Shown: positions 18,409 to 27,088 of the stretch, one piece after another
How positions within the stretch are numbered: the stretch's first letter is position 1
How the letters are laid out: every line of letters starts with the position of its first letter
Source of the DNA: Candidatus Poribacteria bacterium
GTDB lineage: Bacteria; Poribacteria; WGA-4E; WGA-3G
Reading direction: 5' to 3'
Length of the DNA stretch: 64,000 nucleotides
Assembly (NCBI GenBank): GCA_963665235.2
Contig: CAXXLX010000001.1
Coordinates: 3,008,001-3,072,000, forward strand
Notes under the pieces: model-generated
The model's database searches: none
The model's input: only the letters and a program-made list of their open reading frames with translations
Told to the model about the DNA's origin: nothing
Program-made: the position numbers and the translations under genes

Positions 18409-19761
18409 ATGCAACCTAACTTCATTATTTTTCTAACGGACGACCAGGGATACGGCGACCTTTCCTGTATGGGGGCAACCGATTTCAGAACACCACACCT
18501 CGACAGAATGGCAGCTGAAGGGGCCCGATTCACAGATTGGTACTCCAATTCGCCGGTCTGCTCCCCCTCACGCGCATCGCTACTGACAGGCCGATATCCG
18601 TGCCACGCAGGCGTTCGTTCTATCCTGGCGGGCCACCGCACTGCAACTGGGTTGCCACCCTCCGTTCCTACGCTTGCAACTGCACTTAAGGAGCTTGGGT
18701 ATTACACCGCAATGTCAGGAAAATGGCATCTCGGACTCGCAGAGGGGTCGCGCCCGGAACATCATGGATTTGATGATTGGTTCGGATTTATGGCAGGATG
18801 CATCGATTTCTTCTCTCATATCTTTTATTGGGCATTGGGACGACCCGATTTCGACCAAACGCACGACCTCTGGGAAAACGGCGAAGAAATTTACCGAAAT
18901 GGCGAATACTTTACAGAGCTGATTACCGAATATGCGGTCAGATATATCCGAAAAGCGGTTCAACTTGATAAACCATTTTTCCTTTATGTTCCTTACAATG
19001 CCCCACATTACCCGATGCATGCCCCACAGGAATATGTAGACAGATTTCCAAACCTACCTTGGGACAGGCAGATTATGGCCGCAATGCTCAGCGCAGTTGA
19101 CGATAGTGTCGGCGAAATTTTTGCTGAACTTCAACGACTCGGAGTTGCTGAAAACACCTTCTCCTACTTTCAGAGCGACAACGGCCCCTCGCGGGAAACA
19201 CGAAACTGGTTAGATGGCACACAAGACCCGTATTATGGCGGCAGTGCTGGTAAACTCAAAGGGCATAAATTCAGTCTCTATGAAGGCGGCATCCGTTCAC
19301 CCGGAATCATGCATTGGCCTAAAGAAATTCCACCTGGAAATGTCATAAGTGAATATGGTCTAGCAATGGATGTTTTTCCCACCTTTCTATCCGCTGCCGA
19401 TGCTGACCTTTCCAAATATCAACTTGATGGACTAAATTTATTACCGGTCGTATGTGATGGTCAATACACCCCGCACACCGATATTTTCTGGGAAATGGGC
19501 AAACAGACCGCAGTACGGCGAGGCAAATGGAAATTAGTGCTGAATGGTCAATTGGTAGAAGGCGCGCCCCCAGAAGACGATGTCCATCTCGCAAATCTCG
19601 AAACCGATATGGGGGAAACGAATAATCTAAAAGACCAACACCCCGAACTCACCGCTGAACTCACCGAAGCAGCGAAAACCTGGCGACAAGGGATTGAAGA
19701 ACATTGGGAAGCACATAAATCGGAACGAAACGGAACAACCGGCTATGTCAGGAGGTCGTAA
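18409..19761 (+). CDS. Arylsulfatase A-like (formylglycine-dependent) sulfatase
   Basis: PNFIIFLTDDQG, CSPSRASLLTGR signature, GKWHLG, SDNG. Confidence 0.94.
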   Translation: MQPNFIIFLTDDQGYGDLSCMGATDFRTPHLDRMAAEGARFTDWYSNSPVCSPSRASLLTGRYPCHAGVRSILAGHRTATGLPPSVPTLATALKELGYYTAMSGKWHLGLAEGSRPEHHGFDDWFGFMAGCIDFFSHIFYWALGRPDFDQTHDLWENGEEIYRNGEYFTELITEYAVRYIRKAVQLDKPFFLYVPYNAPHYPMHAPQEYVDRFPNLPWDRQIMAAMLSAVDDSVGEIFAELQRLGVAENTFSYFQSDNGPSRETRNWLDGTQDPYYGGSAGKLKGHKFSLYEGGIRSPGIMHWPKEIPPGNVISEYGLAMDVFPTFLSAADADLSKYQLDGLNLLPVVCDGQYTPHTDIFWEMGKQTAVRRGKWKLVLNGQLVEGAPPEDDVHLANLETDMGETNNLKDQHPELTAELTEAAKTWRQGIEEHWEAHKSERNGTTGYVRRS

Positions 19762-19762
19762 A

Positions 19763-20512
19763 ATGCTAAACGATAACCAAGATGCCTATGGACACCTACT
19801 TTTAGATTATCATAACGGCACAGAAAACGTCGAAATTGTAGAGAGGGAAGATGGGTTTATCGGTATAAGTTCATTTGGCCCGGCAACCTATTTTGCGAAA
19901 CATGCAGATTGGGGTGAGCATCAAAGACTCGCAATAGAACACGCTGCAGGATGGGCATTAGATATTGGTTGCGGTGCAGGACGGCACTCTCTCTATCTTC
20001 AGGAACAGGGGTTTGAAGTATTAGGGGTGGATAACTCGCCATTAGCCATCCAAACCTGCCGAAGCCGGGGCCTCAAAAACGCGCTTGTCACACCTGTCAC
20101 ACAGTTAAGTTCCAAAACCGGGACCTTTGATACGATTCTCATGATGGGACACAACTTTGGACTCGTCGGCAGCTATAAAAGAGCAAAGTGGCTATTGAGA
20201 CGTTTCGCTGCTATGACAAGCGATACCGCGAAAATTATCGCGGAAACAATGGACCCGTATCAGACAGAAGCACCTCACCACTTAGCGTATCATCAATTTA
20301 ACCAAGCTCGAGGCCGAATGACCGGTCAACTGCGTCTACGTATCCGTTACCTAAAATACGCCACGCCGTGGTTTGATTTCCTTTTTGTTTCAAAGCCAGA
20401 AATGGAAAACATCCTTGATGGAACAGCATGGCGGGTTGAACACTATATTGACACTGTGACCACCCCCACTTATATTGCAATTTTAGGGAAACGTTCGCGT
20501 TCCAGAGACTAA
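19763..20512 (+). CDS. Class I SAM-dependent methyltransferase
   Basis: LDIGCGAGRH motif I; start MLNDNQ after aggagg. Confidence 0.88.
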   Translation: MLNDNQDAYGHLLLDYHNGTENVEIVEREDGFIGISSFGPATYFAKHADWGEHQRLAIEHAAGWALDIGCGAGRHSLYLQEQGFEVLGVDNSPLAIQTCRSRGLKNALVTPVTQLSSKTGTFDTILMMGHNFGLVGSYKRAKWLLRRFAAMTSDTAKIIAETMDPYQTEAPHHLAYHQFNQARGRMTGQLRLRIRYLKYATPWFDFLFVSKPEMENILDGTAWRVEHYIDTVTTPTYIAILGKRSRSRD

Positions 20513-20524
20513 ACGAGATATGCC

Positions 20525-21421
20525 ATGACACCTTTTAAGTTCGCCTTTATTACGGACACACATCTTTATCCAAATGCCCCCAAAAACTTTGCAAGTGGGC
20601 TTCAACAGCAAAAAAACAGTCTTGCCCTTTACAAAAAATTGATAGGGCAACTGAACGCATTTGACCCTGCATTCGTGATTCATGGCGGAGACATTGTGTG
20701 CGGCGGAAAAAGTTTCGATATGCCAGTAGACGAATATGAAGCAGCACTAGAGACCGCAAAACTACTGGGGGAACGCCTAAATGCCCCCTGCTATTATATA
20801 CCGGGCAACCATGATTTAGACCCTGAAACAGGCTCCAAAGCCGCCTATTTAGAGCAATTCGGCATAAACGGCATGGGGTCCGTCAGTTTCACCCACGAAA
20901 ACGTCCGGTTTATTCTGCTCGATGCACAAGAAGTTCCGGAAGACCTGACGCATGGATATGTCAGCACGAATCAACTTGCATGGGTCGAACGCGAATTAAA
21001 AAGAGCCGATGACTACGGTGAAGAAATCTTCATCTTCTCGCATCAACTCCCCTTTCCAAGCGTTGAATTTCAGGGAACCGGCTCCAGAATTGCCAACTCC
21101 GCAGAAATCCTCGAAATTGTCGCACCTTTTGAAAGACACATTTTAGCCTTTTTTTGTGGACATTTACATCTTAACCGTGTCTTCAGGGAACAGGGAATGT
21201 TATGCATCGTCACCTCCGGCATTATCTGCTACCCGATGATGTGGCGGCAGGTCTATGTATACCCCGACCGAGTTGATATAAAATCTGTCGCTGTTGACCT
21301 GCCAGAAGTCGTTGCTGAATCTGAAGCCGTCAGTCCAGATAACAATCTATATCTGTTAGGTCGGCCCAGAGACCAAGAATTTAGTATCCCACGGCGAAAT
21401 GAAGGAATTGTTAGGGAATGA
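20525..21421 (+). CDS. Calcineurin-like metallophosphoesterase
   Basis: TDTH, HGGD, PGNHD, FSH and GHLH motifs. Confidence 0.9.
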   Translation: MTPFKFAFITDTHLYPNAPKNFASGLQQQKNSLALYKKLIGQLNAFDPAFVIHGGDIVCGGKSFDMPVDEYEAALETAKLLGERLNAPCYYIPGNHDLDPETGSKAAYLEQFGINGMGSVSFTHENVRFILLDAQEVPEDLTHGYVSTNQLAWVERELKRADDYGEEIFIFSHQLPFPSVEFQGTGSRIANSAEILEIVAPFERHILAFFCGHLHLNRVFREQGMLCIVTSGIICYPMMWRQVYVYPDRVDIKSVAVDLPEVVAESEAVSPDNNLYLLGRPRDQEFSIPRRNEGIVRE

Positions 21422-22422
21422 TTAAAGTTCAAAACCTCTCAAAAAACTACGGCCCATTTAAGGCACTCAAAGATATCTCCTTTACCGTAGACACGGGGCA
21501 AATTGTCGGGTTTCTTGGGCCTAACGGGGCAGGTAAAACCACGACGATGCGAATCTTGACCTGCTTTATGCCCGCAAGCAGCGGAAAAGCCACAGTCGCA
21601 GGGTACGACGTTTTCAAAGAATCCCGCGAGGTACGCAAACGTATCGGATATCTGCCAGAAAACGTCCCGCTCTACCTGGAAATGACTGTCACAAAATACC
21701 TCTCTTACATGGCAAAGATACGAGATGTCCCCCGTAAACAGAACGCAGAACGGTTGGATAATGTTATTGAGGCATGCGGTTTAACCGAACGACGGCATCA
21801 GATTATTGGGCAATTGTCGCGCGGTTTCCGACAACGCGTCGGTTTAGCACAAGCACTCGTCCATGAACCGGAAGTCCTAATTCTGGATGAACCAACATCC
21901 GGATTAGACCCACGCCAAATTGTCGAAATCCGAGAGTTGATTAAACTGCTCGGCAAAGAGCGAACCATCCTTTTCAGCACACACATCCTTCCCGAAGCAA
22001 GCATGACGTGTGAACGACTACTGATTATCAGCCAGGGCAGGCTCGCCGGGGATGTTGAATTGTCCAACGGGCGCGCTGTATCTACACGAACCTTCGTAGA
22101 TGGTGACTCCTCGCTTGAACCCGCTACTTCGGAAGAAAACGCAGGCCCGATAAAAACACTCACTCTCGTGGTGGCAGACGGGCCCCCTGATGATATAGCG
22201 AATGCACTCAGCGGCCTCCCAGACGTGATTACGGTTGAACAAGCTGCTGACAGTGCTGATGACGCGGCGACATTTCACGTTCACTATACTTTGGAAAAGG
22301 ATATTCGGGCGATGCTGGCAAAAACTGTCGTCGCGCGTGGATGGAATCTATTGGAAATGCGTATCGACGAGATGAGTTTGGAGCGATTGTTCCTGTCCCT
22401 AACCTCCAAAACGCCTAGATAG
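21418..22422 (+). CDS. ABC-2 type transporter ATP-binding protein
   Basis: Walker A GPNGAGKT, signature LSRGFRQR, Walker B LILDEPT, H-loop STH. Confidence 0.93.
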   Translation: MIKVQNLSKNYGPFKALKDISFTVDTGQIVGFLGPNGAGKTTTMRILTCFMPASSGKATVAGYDVFKESREVRKRIGYLPENVPLYLEMTVTKYLSYMAKIRDVPRKQNAERLDNVIEACGLTERRHQIIGQLSRGFRQRVGLAQALVHEPEVLILDEPTSGLDPRQIVEIRELIKLLGKERTILFSTHILPEASMTCERLLIISQGRLAGDVELSNGRAVSTRTFVDGDSSLEPATSEENAGPIKTLTLVVADGPPDDIANALSGLPDVITVEQAADSADDAATFHVHYTLEKDIRAMLAKTVVARGWNLLEMRIDEMSLERLFLSLTSKTPR

Positions 22423-22482
22423 GGACGGTTCGCCAAGTAATAGGCATTCTCCGTATACCCTACATAAAAAAATCTTTTTCCC

Positions 22483-22511
22483 TTGACAAACTTTCGGTTT
22501 TTGTATAAAAT
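22483..22511 (+). promoter_or_regulatory. Sigma70-like promoter P1
   Basis: TTGACA-17 nt-TAAAAT. Confidence 0.65.
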
Positions 22512-22573
22512 AGAATCTGTGATAGACACCCAGCTAAAGAATCTATAAAGACTTTTGAGAAAAACATTTTTCC

Positions 22574-22601
22574 TTGACTTTTTTTCAAAATTTTGTATAA
22601 T
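22574..22601 (+). promoter_or_regulatory. Sigma70-like promoter P2, just upstream of the structured region
   Basis: TTGACT-16 nt-TATAAT. Confidence 0.6.
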
Positions 22602-22607
22602 TGTTAA

Positions 22608-22975
22608 TGATTTCAAATTGTGACGGTCAACTTGTCCGGATACACCCTATTCTACAAGAAGCATCGAGGCTAATGTCTGCTTTAGACAAAACCCTAAGGG
22701 GGCGGTTTGTACCCATCGGTATCAGGACAGATGCTCAACGCCAACGAAAGGTGACAAAAATGCAAAATGCAAACACCGCTCGAAATATTAAGAGAATGTG
22801 TGCAATCCAGCTGAGCCAATCTGATAGTTGGTCTCTGCACCATCTCTTTGCATCTTCACCCGTCACACGTTTTATTAGCTTATCGTTAACCCCCCCCCTT
22901 AATAATTTAAACAATCGTAATAGTATATTAGATATCAACGGGTCAGTATTGAGAGTAGCTGCTGGCCTGTTTTTG
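22608..22975 (+). ncRNA. Candidate unassigned structured RNA (sRNA or cis-regulatory leader)
   Basis: Multiple nested stems (tgtgacgg/ccgtcaca, tgtccggatac/gtatcaggaca, atgcaaa/tttgcat, gtgca/tgcac), with a promoter upstream and a terminator-like hairpin downstream. Confidence 0.5.
22937..22975 (+). terminator. Intrinsic terminator-like hairpin upstream of the 23136 gene
   Basis: aacgggtcagta / tgctggcctgtt stem with G-U pairs, followed by a T-run. Confidence 0.55.
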
Positions 22976-23135
22976 TGCCTGCGCGTTCTCTTTCTTGTGA
23001 AGGAGGTTTCGTTGCGGGCTATTTTGTTTGCAGAAATCGGGATGGACGCATCCCGACAAAGCACTAACGCTACGTATCAAGGGACTTGTACTGTTTTGTC
23101 CCATCTACCTTAAGTTTTAAGAAAGGAGTTATTAC

Positions 23136-23957
23136 ATGAAAAAGCTGATAATAGCTGTAACTTTTACGCTCGGGTATCTCTTCGCGATAGTCGTTAGTCC
23201 AATGCTCGGGCACGCTGCTCCCCTCGGCGAAGTCGCAATCTTTACCGAACAAGCTGGTTGGATTGCACTAGACAAAGCCAAGGAGGAAGGTAAGGAATTG
23301 GCAGACCTACTCAAGAAACCCGCGAAGGTCGTCACACTCGGCGATCAGGAAATCGGAGAGTGGGCTGAAGAACGCATCGATAACGATATATCTGACATCA
23401 TTGTTACATTCGGTTGGTTTCCAACTACACTCTATAAACCCGGGAACGCTGAACCGGACGATTCTATTGCTGAAAAATTCCTTGAAGGCGGAAATGTCAT
23501 CCTCAATACTGCGGATTATATTTTCTATGTTACAGAAGGCGGCGGCGCAAACGGCGTGGCCGGCCTACAGAATATGATGGACCTCAATAATGTTGAGATG
23601 TGGTCGGACGGAACCGCTATCGCCCCGACAGAGGATGGCAAGAAATATACGCCCAGCCTCAGGAATTTTGTCTCAGCCCGGACCTTCAAAGCAGACCAAA
23701 TTGTAGATCCGTGGGAAGTTGAAGTGGTTTTCGGTGATAACGGTGCGGGGTTTCTGGATCCGGCCATTGTTCACGATACCGAAACTGGGGGCCGCATCGG
23801 AATTGCTTTTCAAGAACCCAATGTACCAACCCTCCCACGCGGTAAGGTCCTAGCCGAAATGATCGATAACTATCTCGCTGAAGTACTCGGGGCACACGCG
23901 GTCGACCCAAACGCCAAGGTCACCACAACCTGGGCGCAAATCAAATCAGATTTTTAA
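23136..23957 (+). CDS. Secreted hypothetical protein (paralog 1) with the C-terminal KVTTTW tail
   Basis: Signal peptide, RBS aaggag, high similarity to 24050-24868; ends VDPNAKVTTTWAQIKSDF. Confidence 0.85.
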   Translation: MKKLIIAVTFTLGYLFAIVVSPMLGHAAPLGEVAIFTEQAGWIALDKAKEEGKELADLLKKPAKVVTLGDQEIGEWAEERIDNDISDIIVTFGWFPTTLYKPGNAEPDDSIAEKFLEGGNVILNTADYIFYVTEGGGANGVAGLQNMMDLNNVEMWSDGTAIAPTEDGKKYTPSLRNFVSARTFKADQIVDPWEVEVVFGDNGAGFLDPAIVHDTETGGRIGIAFQEPNVPTLPRGKVLAEMIDNYLAEVLGAHAVDPNAKVTTTWAQIKSDF

Positions 23958-24049
23958 CTTGTAACTTTAGGGACGTACCGTTCGGTCCGTCCCTATAAAC
24001 CTACTATTCCAATAATATCATTGGACAAAATCTCAAAAAGGAGAAATTA

Positions 24050-24868
24050 ATGAACATTAGAAGTCTATTATTCTTATTGGCAATCCCCGTTGCCTTTACT
24101 TTCACGGCATCTAGCTGGGCAGCCCTCGGCGATGTCGCCATTTTCAGCGAAGCTGCCGGATGGATTTCAAAAGAGAATGCTGACATCCAGCGCGCTATTG
24201 TCTTTGATAATCTGCAAGACGCGGTCCCTGCTGTCGACGAGGTCGTCTATAAAACCGATGCAGAAATCGGACCCTGGGCAGAAGAACGTATCGACGATGG
24301 CATCGCAGACATCATTATTGTGTTCGGATGGTTCCCAACAACGCTTTACACCCCCGGAAATGCCCAACCTGATGATTCTATTGCCGAACGGTTCATCTAC
24401 GGCGGCAATGTTATCTTAAATTGTGCTGACTATATCTTCTATGTTACCGAAGGCGGCGGCGCAAACGGGGTAGCCGGCTTGCAGAATATTATCAATCTCA
24501 ACGTAGATATGTGGGGGGACGGAACGCAAATTACCCCAACTGACGTTGGAAAGGAATTTACACCCTCTCTTGTAGATTTTACCTCCGGACGACCGTTTAA
24601 AAGTGAGCAGATCGTTGATCCGTGGAGCGTTGAAGCCGCTTTTGGTGATAACGGAGCAGGATTTTTCGATCCCGGTATCATTAAACTCAACGACAGCAGC
24701 GGACGCGTCGGAATTTGCATGCAAGAACCCAATGTAGGCGACCTTCCCCGTGGACAGGTGCTTATTGAGATGATCGATTTTATCTCGCAACAAGCAGATA
24801 TAGCTACACCTGTTGAACCCGCAGGAAAAGCATCTACGACATGGGGACATCTCAAAGCTGTACGCTAA
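24050..24868 (+). CDS. Secreted hypothetical protein (paralog 2) with the C-terminal KASTTW tail
   Basis: Shares FGWFPTTLY and ADYIFYVTEGGGANGVAGLQN with paralog 1; ends VEPAGKASTTWGHLKAVR. Confidence 0.85.
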   Translation: MNIRSLLFLLAIPVAFTFTASSWAALGDVAIFSEAAGWISKENADIQRAIVFDNLQDAVPAVDEVVYKTDAEIGPWAEERIDDGIADIIIVFGWFPTTLYTPGNAQPDDSIAERFIYGGNVILNCADYIFYVTEGGGANGVAGLQNIINLNVDMWGDGTQITPTDVGKEFTPSLVDFTSGRPFKSEQIVDPWSVEAAFGDNGAGFFDPGIIKLNDSSGRVGICMQEPNVGDLPRGQVLIEMIDFISQQADIATPVEPAGKASTTWGHLKAVR

Positions 24869-24898
24869 AGTCAAAAACGTACCATAACCCAATTTTAC

Positions 24899-24938
24899 AA
24901 AAAAGGGCATCTTCCGAAAGGCGGATGCTCTTTTTTTC
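24899..24938 (+). terminator. Intrinsic terminator, probably bidirectional
   Basis: aaaaaa-gggcatc-loop-gatgctc-tttttttt. Confidence 0.8.
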
Positions 24939-25030
24939 TGCACCGAAGTGTGCTGTTCAAAAAATTGTTGATTTTTTAATAAATTTGTGATATAAAATCA
25001 GAAATATCTTTTTAAACGGAAGAAATACCT

Positions 25031-25996
25031 ATGAAACTCGTTACATTCAAACATCCTTCGTTAGATAATCCGCCTTTTACATCTGATGTCTCGGATGTCG
25101 GAGCGTGGATTGATGACCAAATTCTGGTGCTCTATGTAGGTGCACGAGATATGATTGAGCTTTTTGAACGTAATCTTATAGAAGAAGCATCAAAGCGGAT
25201 TGAGTCAATATTAAACTCACTTAAAAAAGGTAGGGATATGTCCGATATCGTTTTCCCAATTGAGGAGGTGCAGCTGCTCGCGCCATTTCCGAATCCAGTA
25301 AGTCTACGCGATTTCGGGGTCTTCAAAACCCACATGGATGCCGCCTCACGGATTACCGGCAAAGAGATATCCCCCGAGTGGTTCAAACTCCCTAACTATT
25401 ACCGCGGCAGCACTAGCCCAGCATCCATTGCTGGACATGGAGCCGTTGTGACATGGCCCAACTACACCGAAAAACTCGATTTTGAATTGGAATGGGGGGT
25501 TTACATCGGCAAAACCGGGAAAAATATCTCAATTGCAGAAGCCCCCGACTATATCGCTGGTTATACCATTTATAACGACATTAGCGCACGCGATATTCAA
25601 TTCCGACACATGACACTCTCACTCGGACCCGCCAAAGGGAAAGACTTTGATAATAGCAACATTATGGGACCGTGTCTCGTCACCCCAGATGAAATCGGTG
25701 ACCCCTACAACCTCAAAATGACTGCAAGGGTTAACGGTGAAGTGTGGGCGGAAGGCACTACATCCGATATGTATTACTCCTTCCCAGAAATGATTTCATT
25801 TATATCACAGTCAGAAACGCTTTTCCCCGGCGATTTTTTGGGCTCCGGCACCGTCGGAAACGGATGCGGATGGGAGCTTGACAGATGGATTCAACCGGGA
25901 GACGTAGTCGAACTTGAGGTTGAAAACATCGGCGTCCTCAGAAACCGTATCGGACAACCTGAAGAGAATCCAGCCGCTTGGAAGGAAAAGGTTTAA
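25031..25996 (+). CDS. Fumarylacetoacetate hydrolase family protein
   Basis: SLRDF, LDFELEW, GYTIYNDISARDIQ, AKGKDF, PGDFLGSGT. Confidence 0.92.
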   Translation: MKLVTFKHPSLDNPPFTSDVSDVGAWIDDQILVLYVGARDMIELFERNLIEEASKRIESILNSLKKGRDMSDIVFPIEEVQLLAPFPNPVSLRDFGVFKTHMDAASRITGKEISPEWFKLPNYYRGSTSPASIAGHGAVVTWPNYTEKLDFELEWGVYIGKTGKNISIAEAPDYIAGYTIYNDISARDIQFRHMTLSLGPAKGKDFDNSNIMGPCLVTPDEIGDPYNLKMTARVNGEVWAEGTTSDMYYSFPEMISFISQSETLFPGDFLGSGTVGNGCGWELDRWIQPGDVVELEVENIGVLRNRIGQPEENPAAWKEKV

Positions 25997-25998
25997 CC

Positions 25999-26748
25999 GT
26001 GCGACTTGAAAATAAAGTGGCCATTATCACTGGCGCAGCATCCGGTATCGGAAAAGCCACCGCCAAACTCTTTGCCCAACATGGCGCGAAGGTCGTTGTG
26101 GCAGATATTAATGAAGATGGTGGAAACCGCACCGTCGTTGACATTCAAGACAGCGGTGGCGACGCAATTTTTGTCCAAACCGACGTAACCATTGCTGATG
26201 ACACTGTGCGGATGGTTGAGGAAACCGTCAAAAGATACGGAAAATTAGATATCTTGTTCAACAATGCTGGAATTGCGATGCGGCTCCCCGTTGCCGATTT
26301 GCCCGAAGCCGACTGGCATCACTGTTTGGGGGTTAACCTCACCGGCGTTTATCTCTGCGCCAAGGCAGCAATTCCGCAGATGCAGAAAAACGGCGGCGGC
26401 TCCATCATCAACATGTCCTCCATTTACGGGCTTGTCGGCGCGGATGTTCGGGCCGCCTATGTTGCCTCCAAAGGGGGGGTAACCAACCTCACCCGTGGAA
26501 TGGCACTCGATTACGCGCGGGACAATATCCGCGTCAACTGTATATGTCCGGGTTTCGTTGAAACGCCTTTAGTTGCGGGGGTCGTCAAAACCCCGGCGGA
26601 ATATCAGAAACTTGCAGACAAACATCCGATGCGCCGCCTCGGGCAACCTGAAGAGATCGCTTATGGGGCATTATATCTTGCCTCTGATGAATCCGCATTC
26701 GTTACAGGCATTGCCCTACCGATTGATGGCGGCTATACGGCTGCCTAA
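25999..26748 (+). CDS. Short-chain dehydrogenase/reductase (SDR)
   Basis: TGAASGIG, NNAG, YVASK (YxxxK), NIRVNCICPG. Confidence 0.94.
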   Translation: MRLENKVAIITGAASGIGKATAKLFAQHGAKVVVADINEDGGNRTVVDIQDSGGDAIFVQTDVTIADDTVRMVEETVKRYGKLDILFNNAGIAMRLPVADLPEADWHHCLGVNLTGVYLCAKAAIPQMQKNGGGSIINMSSIYGLVGADVRAAYVASKGGVTNLTRGMALDYARDNIRVNCICPGFVETPLVAGVVKTPAEYQKLADKHPMRRLGQPEEIAYGALYLASDESAFVTGIALPIDGGYTAA

Positions 26749-26776
26749 ATCCATAGACGCGTGTGTGGTGTGGTGC

Positions 26777-26851
26777 GTAGGGGTGGGGTTTCCCCGCCCG
26801 ATGTGTTTCGTTATGAGGTGTGGTGTGTAGGGGCGGGGTTTCCCCGCCCGA
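26777..26851 (+). repeat. Two GTAG-type REP palindromes
   Basis: gtaggggtggggtttccccgcccg and gtaggggcggggtttccccgcccg. Confidence 0.8.
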
Positions 26852-27088
26852 TTTGAAACTACTGAAAAAACCGTTGAAAAAGTTAGCGAATTTCGGGTAT
26901 AATATTAACGTGAGTTTGGAAAAAGTTTTCCTTAGTATACGGAAAGTGAATAGCAACACCTCGAGAACCGTTGATGGAACGCCCTACCAATGTAGATGCA
27001 ACGACTTAGCCGCGACGTTGTGTTGAAGTTGCTATGAGGAGAATCCCGACCTGCAACGTGCTGTCTATCGCCATTTTGGGAGAAATGT

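Noticed and set aside
22601-23113. 170-aa ORF and the 109-aa antisense ORF
   Set aside because: No RBS or recognisable motif; the start overlaps the -10 box and the ORF crosses a terminator-like hairpin.
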